Source: Phaeosaccion multiseriatum
Taxonomy: Eukaryota; Protista; Ochrophyta, other classes
Direction: 5' to 3'
Assembly (NCBI GenBank): GCA_965112735.1
Contig: OZ218958.1
Coordinates: 3,534,001-3,598,000 of the forward strand
DNA: 64,000 nucleotides
Shown: positions 60,086-64,000 of the stretch, one piece after another
Layout: each line of letters begins with the position of its first letter
How positions within the stretch are numbered: position 1 is the stretch's first letter
The notes under the pieces: model-generated
Database searches by the model: none
What the model was told of the DNA's origin: nothing
The model's input: only the letters and a program-made list of their open reading frames with translations
Position numbers and translations under genes: made by a program

Positions 60086-62959
60086 CTAGCTGCCGGCCTT
60101 GGCAGCGGCGGCCGCTCCTCGCATGCTCGACTTCCTCCTCGTGCTGCTCTGCACCCCGCGCACGTCTGCATCGGACCTGTCGGCGAGGTTTCCGAGGCTG
60201 ATGCGGTCATCAACGTGCGTGGGCCCTCCCGCCTGGTGCACTCCCGTGTACGTGGACTTGTCGTCGTGGAAGCGCGTGGCCTGCGCGATGGTGCCGGTCA
60301 TGGCGATGCCGGGGCACGCAGCGACGATGTCTTGCACCTGTTGGTGATACGCGGGGGTGGGGGAGGGAGGCAGGGAGGGGCAGGGAGGGGCCGGGAGGGG
60401 CAGAACATATGGAAAGCCCGTTAGACGACGCGAGCAATTACTCAGGAGGAAACAGGACGGACAGGACTGGCTGGGCGTGGATGGTGAGAGTGGTCAGCTG
60501 AGTACGCACCCTCTGTTGCCATCTGACTACGGACCACTGACCACTTCTCTAGTCTGCCATCTGAGCACTGATCACTCTCCCAGTCTACCATTTGCTACCA
60601 TCTGCTGCCATCTGAGCACTAACCTCGCTCTCCGTGACGTGCTTGGCGTCGGCGATCATGGGCAGGGCATAGGTCCTGAACAGGCTCAGGGACATCTTCT
60701 TGCCCCCCCCACGCTGGCACACCTGTTGGTCATGCGGCCACAAGACAGCACAGCACAGCACAGCACAGCACAGCCGCAGCCGAGACGGAAGCGAGGGGAG
60801 GGGAGGCAGCGTGAGAGCGAGGCCCAACACACACGCCGGGGGGAGGGGGAGTACTCAAGCTATAGGCCTTCATAGGCCTTCATAGGCCTTCAGCAACGCA
60901 CCTTGGTGAAGAGGAGGTCCCCGTCGGTCTTGGTGAACTTGGCGTCGAAGAGGCCGCAGTCCTTGCACAGCTTCGTGAACCTAGAGGGAGGGAGCAGGCG
61001 GACTCTGGGGTAAGCAGTTGGGGGGGGGCACGAGGGCAAAAGACTCCAGCACCACCCCTCTCTCTCTCTTCGGAGCTCCAGACGAAGGGCTCCCTGCCCC
61101 CTCCTGCCCCTGTCGGTCCTGAGTGATCGGTGGCAAGCAAGAGGCCAAAGACGCGCGTCTACGGCAAACATCCATCCATCCACCCAGTGCCTTCAGCTCT
61201 CGTGTATAGCCCTACCCAGTCCCCCGCACGGCCACCACTCCACTCACTTGCTGCTGTCCATCTCACTGGCGCTCTTGGTGACACTGCTGGCGAAGGCGAG
61301 GAACACCTCCGCCACACGCTTGTCCACGCCCTCCAGGCCCTCGCTGGACAGGGACAGACGGGTTATGGCGGCGGCGGCTTGCGAGGCGGCGCTGCCCGTG
61401 CTGGACTTGCGCTGAGAGACGGAGACGCCGCTGCCCCGGCGGGAGTCCACGCCAGGCGCAGCGCTGCCCCTGCGCGAGTCCACACTCATGCCCTGTGAAG
61501 GGAAGGGAGGACAGCGACGAGAGCGGGGAGGCGATGATCGATGAGCGACGGGGAAGCATGTGAGAGCTAGCACACACTCTCTTCCCCCCTCTCCTGTACA
61601 AGCTCTTACCGCAGTGCTGGTGCTGCTGCCCCTCCTGAGGGGAGAGCCCCCCTTGACGGCCGCGGCCCCTGCGCTGCTGAGGGCACTCTGGCGGCGGGGG
61701 GAGGAGGTGGAGCCCGTTCTGCTCGTCCTGCGAGCGCCGGTGGGGGCGGGAGCGTCGTCGTATGTTTTGACACCGCGCACGTCGTGTCCGCTGTCGCGGT
61801 GGAGCTGAGTCTCCATGTTCACCTAAGGTAGAGAGGGGCGGGGAGGAGGGGGGGGGGGGCGGGCACCAGCGGCTCGTGGGTCTCTCTCCCTCCCCTCTCC
61901 ATATGCATCCATATGCATCCAGTGTCCCCTCTCCATATGCATCCAGTGTCCCCTCTCCATATGCATCCAGTGTCCCCTCTCCATATGCATCCAGTGTCCC
62001 CTACGCGTCGCAGGCAGAGTCGAGGGTCGGGGCGGAAGTGGTCTTGGCGCCGCTCTGATGCTCTGACCTCCCCTCACCCCCCCTACACGACACGAGACGA
62101 GACACCTCTCCCTGGACGTATCCTCTGAGGCGGATTGACTTTGGGCACTTTGGGCACTTTGGGCACTTTGGGCACTTACGTTGTGGTGGTCGATGGTGGT
62201 GGGGCCTCCCGCCGTGTGCACACCTGCAGAAGATAAGTAAGAGGGAGCAGCGGTGTCAGTTACGGTGTCAGTTACGGAGTCAGTTACCAGCTTCTTGTTC
62301 TCTCTCCCTCTCTCTCCCCTCTCTCTCCCTCTCCCTCCACCGCCCAGACTGTAAAAATGTCTTTTGCCTGCTTCGCGCTCTTTCGTTACAATAGTGCAAG
62401 CATGGACGGGTCTTCTTCTCTTCTGCGTGCCGTGACGTGGGGCAGACTGCACTTTGTGACTGACTGAAGAACCAACCTGTGTACGTGCTTTGGTCGTCGT
62501 GGAAGCGCACATTGTCCGCAATGGTCCCGGACGTGCTGATGGAAGGAAGTAAACATGGAGAATCGGCACGCGACACAGCAGTGTGTTAGACAAAACGAAG
62601 CAGATGACAGTGCCGGCGGTGGATCAAGCGCTTCTCCCCCCACCCCCCCCGCCCGCTTCAATTGCTTACGTGGGTCCTCCGGCCTTGATCACGGCCGCGC
62701 ACAAGTTGTCGAAGGGCACACCTCGCTTGGCCGCGATCATCTCCAGCGCCTGCTCGAAGGCGGCGAAGTTGATGGTCTTCTCCTTGCCCTCCTTGACCTG
62801 CGTGAAGATGAGGTCAATGTCGGTGGTGGTCACCTTCTTGTTGAGCAAGCCGCAGTCCCTAGCCACCTTGACGAACTTGGCGCTGTCCATCATGTCGGAG
62901 CCGACCTGGCCCTTGCCGAAGGCGCAGAAGTCCGAGAACACAGCTTGGAGGGTCGTCAT
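60086..62959 (-). CDS. TPPP: TPPP/p25-alpha family protein with two tandem full p25alpha domains; about 9 exons
   Basis: MDSAKFVKVARDCGLLNKKVTTTDIDLIF..RFHDDQSTYTGVHTAGGPT and EMDSSKFTKLCKDCGLFDAKFTKTDGDLLF..RFHDDKSTYTGVHQAGGPT..ADRSDADVRGV. Confidence 0.9.
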
Positions 62960-64000
62960 TTTGTTTGTCTTTGTCTCGTCTTATTTCACCCAAGGACGAG
63001 AGAGGGGGGGGGTCGGGGGTAGGCGGGGAGGGATTGGAGAGTGAGGGTCGTCAATGACTGCCAAGTGCACGTACGCTCCAAAGAACAGGAAAGGACAATC
63101 CCGCAGGAGATTGGGCCTGCTGCTGCTGCTTGGGAACCCCTCAGCCAGCCAGGGCGGCTCCTATTTGTTCCGGCAAACCGCACCGGGCGGCGGAGCGGGG
63201 GGCTGGGCGAGTGAGGAGGAGGCAAGCATTTACTTCAGATAGACAGAGACGCCAAGCACAAATGCAATTGAGGCGGCTCCCAACCGATTCCCCTTCATCC
63301 CCTCGCTGCCCTCTCCCCCCCGCTTACCTGGGCAGAGTTGCGGCGCTTGTTTTGTTTTTGAGATGAATTTATCTCTTGTTGCCACGACACAATTTTACCT
63401 CTTTAATGTAAAACCCCGAACTAAAACTCTTCTATTCTCCTCTCAATGCTCTACCAGTTCTGCCGAGAGCTTGAGTTAGGCCGTAACCAGGGAGGAGAAG
63501 GGGAGCTTATCGCTTGTCTGTACTTCGGATGTCGCCTAAACAAGTGCCAAGTGTAGTGCTCGACCTCAACTGAGGTACGAGTGCTACTGAAACATGCAGG
63601 GCCCTTCCCTATTAGTATGGGCAGCGCACACACAACAGCATCCTCGTGTGCTGCTATCTTTGTCGTCGTAATCATCTACATTTGTAACGCCCAACTCGTA
63701 GTTGGTCATACGGCCTGTCTCACAGAGACCGGATGGCAGCTGAAGGTATATCATTTCTCTACTTTGTCTCCCCCAACTCCAAGAAGCTCCGAGTTGTCAT
63801 CCCTGTGCCTGCTGTCGATGGAGTAGTCACACATGGCCTTGACTTGCTACTCCACTGGGGCGTGGCAGGGGTGGGCGTAGGGTGGGGCAGCCTCATTGAG
63901 AAGAGAAATTCCCTATTTAAAAGAGGCACGCGAACGCTGCTGACCAGCTGGGAGGGAGGGGAGGGCTGCTGAGGTGAGCCGGTGCCGGTAGCTTGTACCT

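Noticed and set aside
63400-64000. Short ORFs in the lower-GC terminal segment
   Set aside because: No recognisable motifs and truncated by the window end
1-64000. tRNA/rRNA genes
   Set aside because: None recognised by eye; tRNAscan-SE or Infernal would be needed to exclude them

Overview
GC-rich, intron-rich eukaryotic nuclear DNA. It is most consistent with a flagellate-capable ochrophyte (stramenopile alga): one gene has a signal peptide plus a HAFAP plastid-targeting motif, CFAP418 and TPPP point to cilia, TTAGGG repeats occur, and introns are full of microsatellites. Genes from left to right: TPR pseudogene, large EF-hand/SAM protein, bacterial-type FabI, PHD-IQ-PH protein, intronless ankyrin-like protein, WD40-like protein, TCF25/Rqc1, CFAP418, 3xKH protein, CHERP-like SURP/CID/G-patch protein, four tandem LCIB-like (theta-type carbonic anhydrase) genes, P-domain/somatomedin-B membrane protein, His-rich polytopic membrane protein, RETICULATA-like plastid protein and double-domain TPPP/p25alpha. 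The most unusual signals are: (1) the 11-mer GTATCACCAAC, seen 10 times exactly plus about 7 near-matches, on both strands, in several reading frames, in introns and at splice acceptors; (2) the theta-CA array, amplified together with the 3' tail of CHERP; (3) telomeric repeats lying between short duplications; (4) small TIR elements and an Introner-like intron. Exon boundaries were read by eye from GT-AG sites and frame continuity. No database searches were run.
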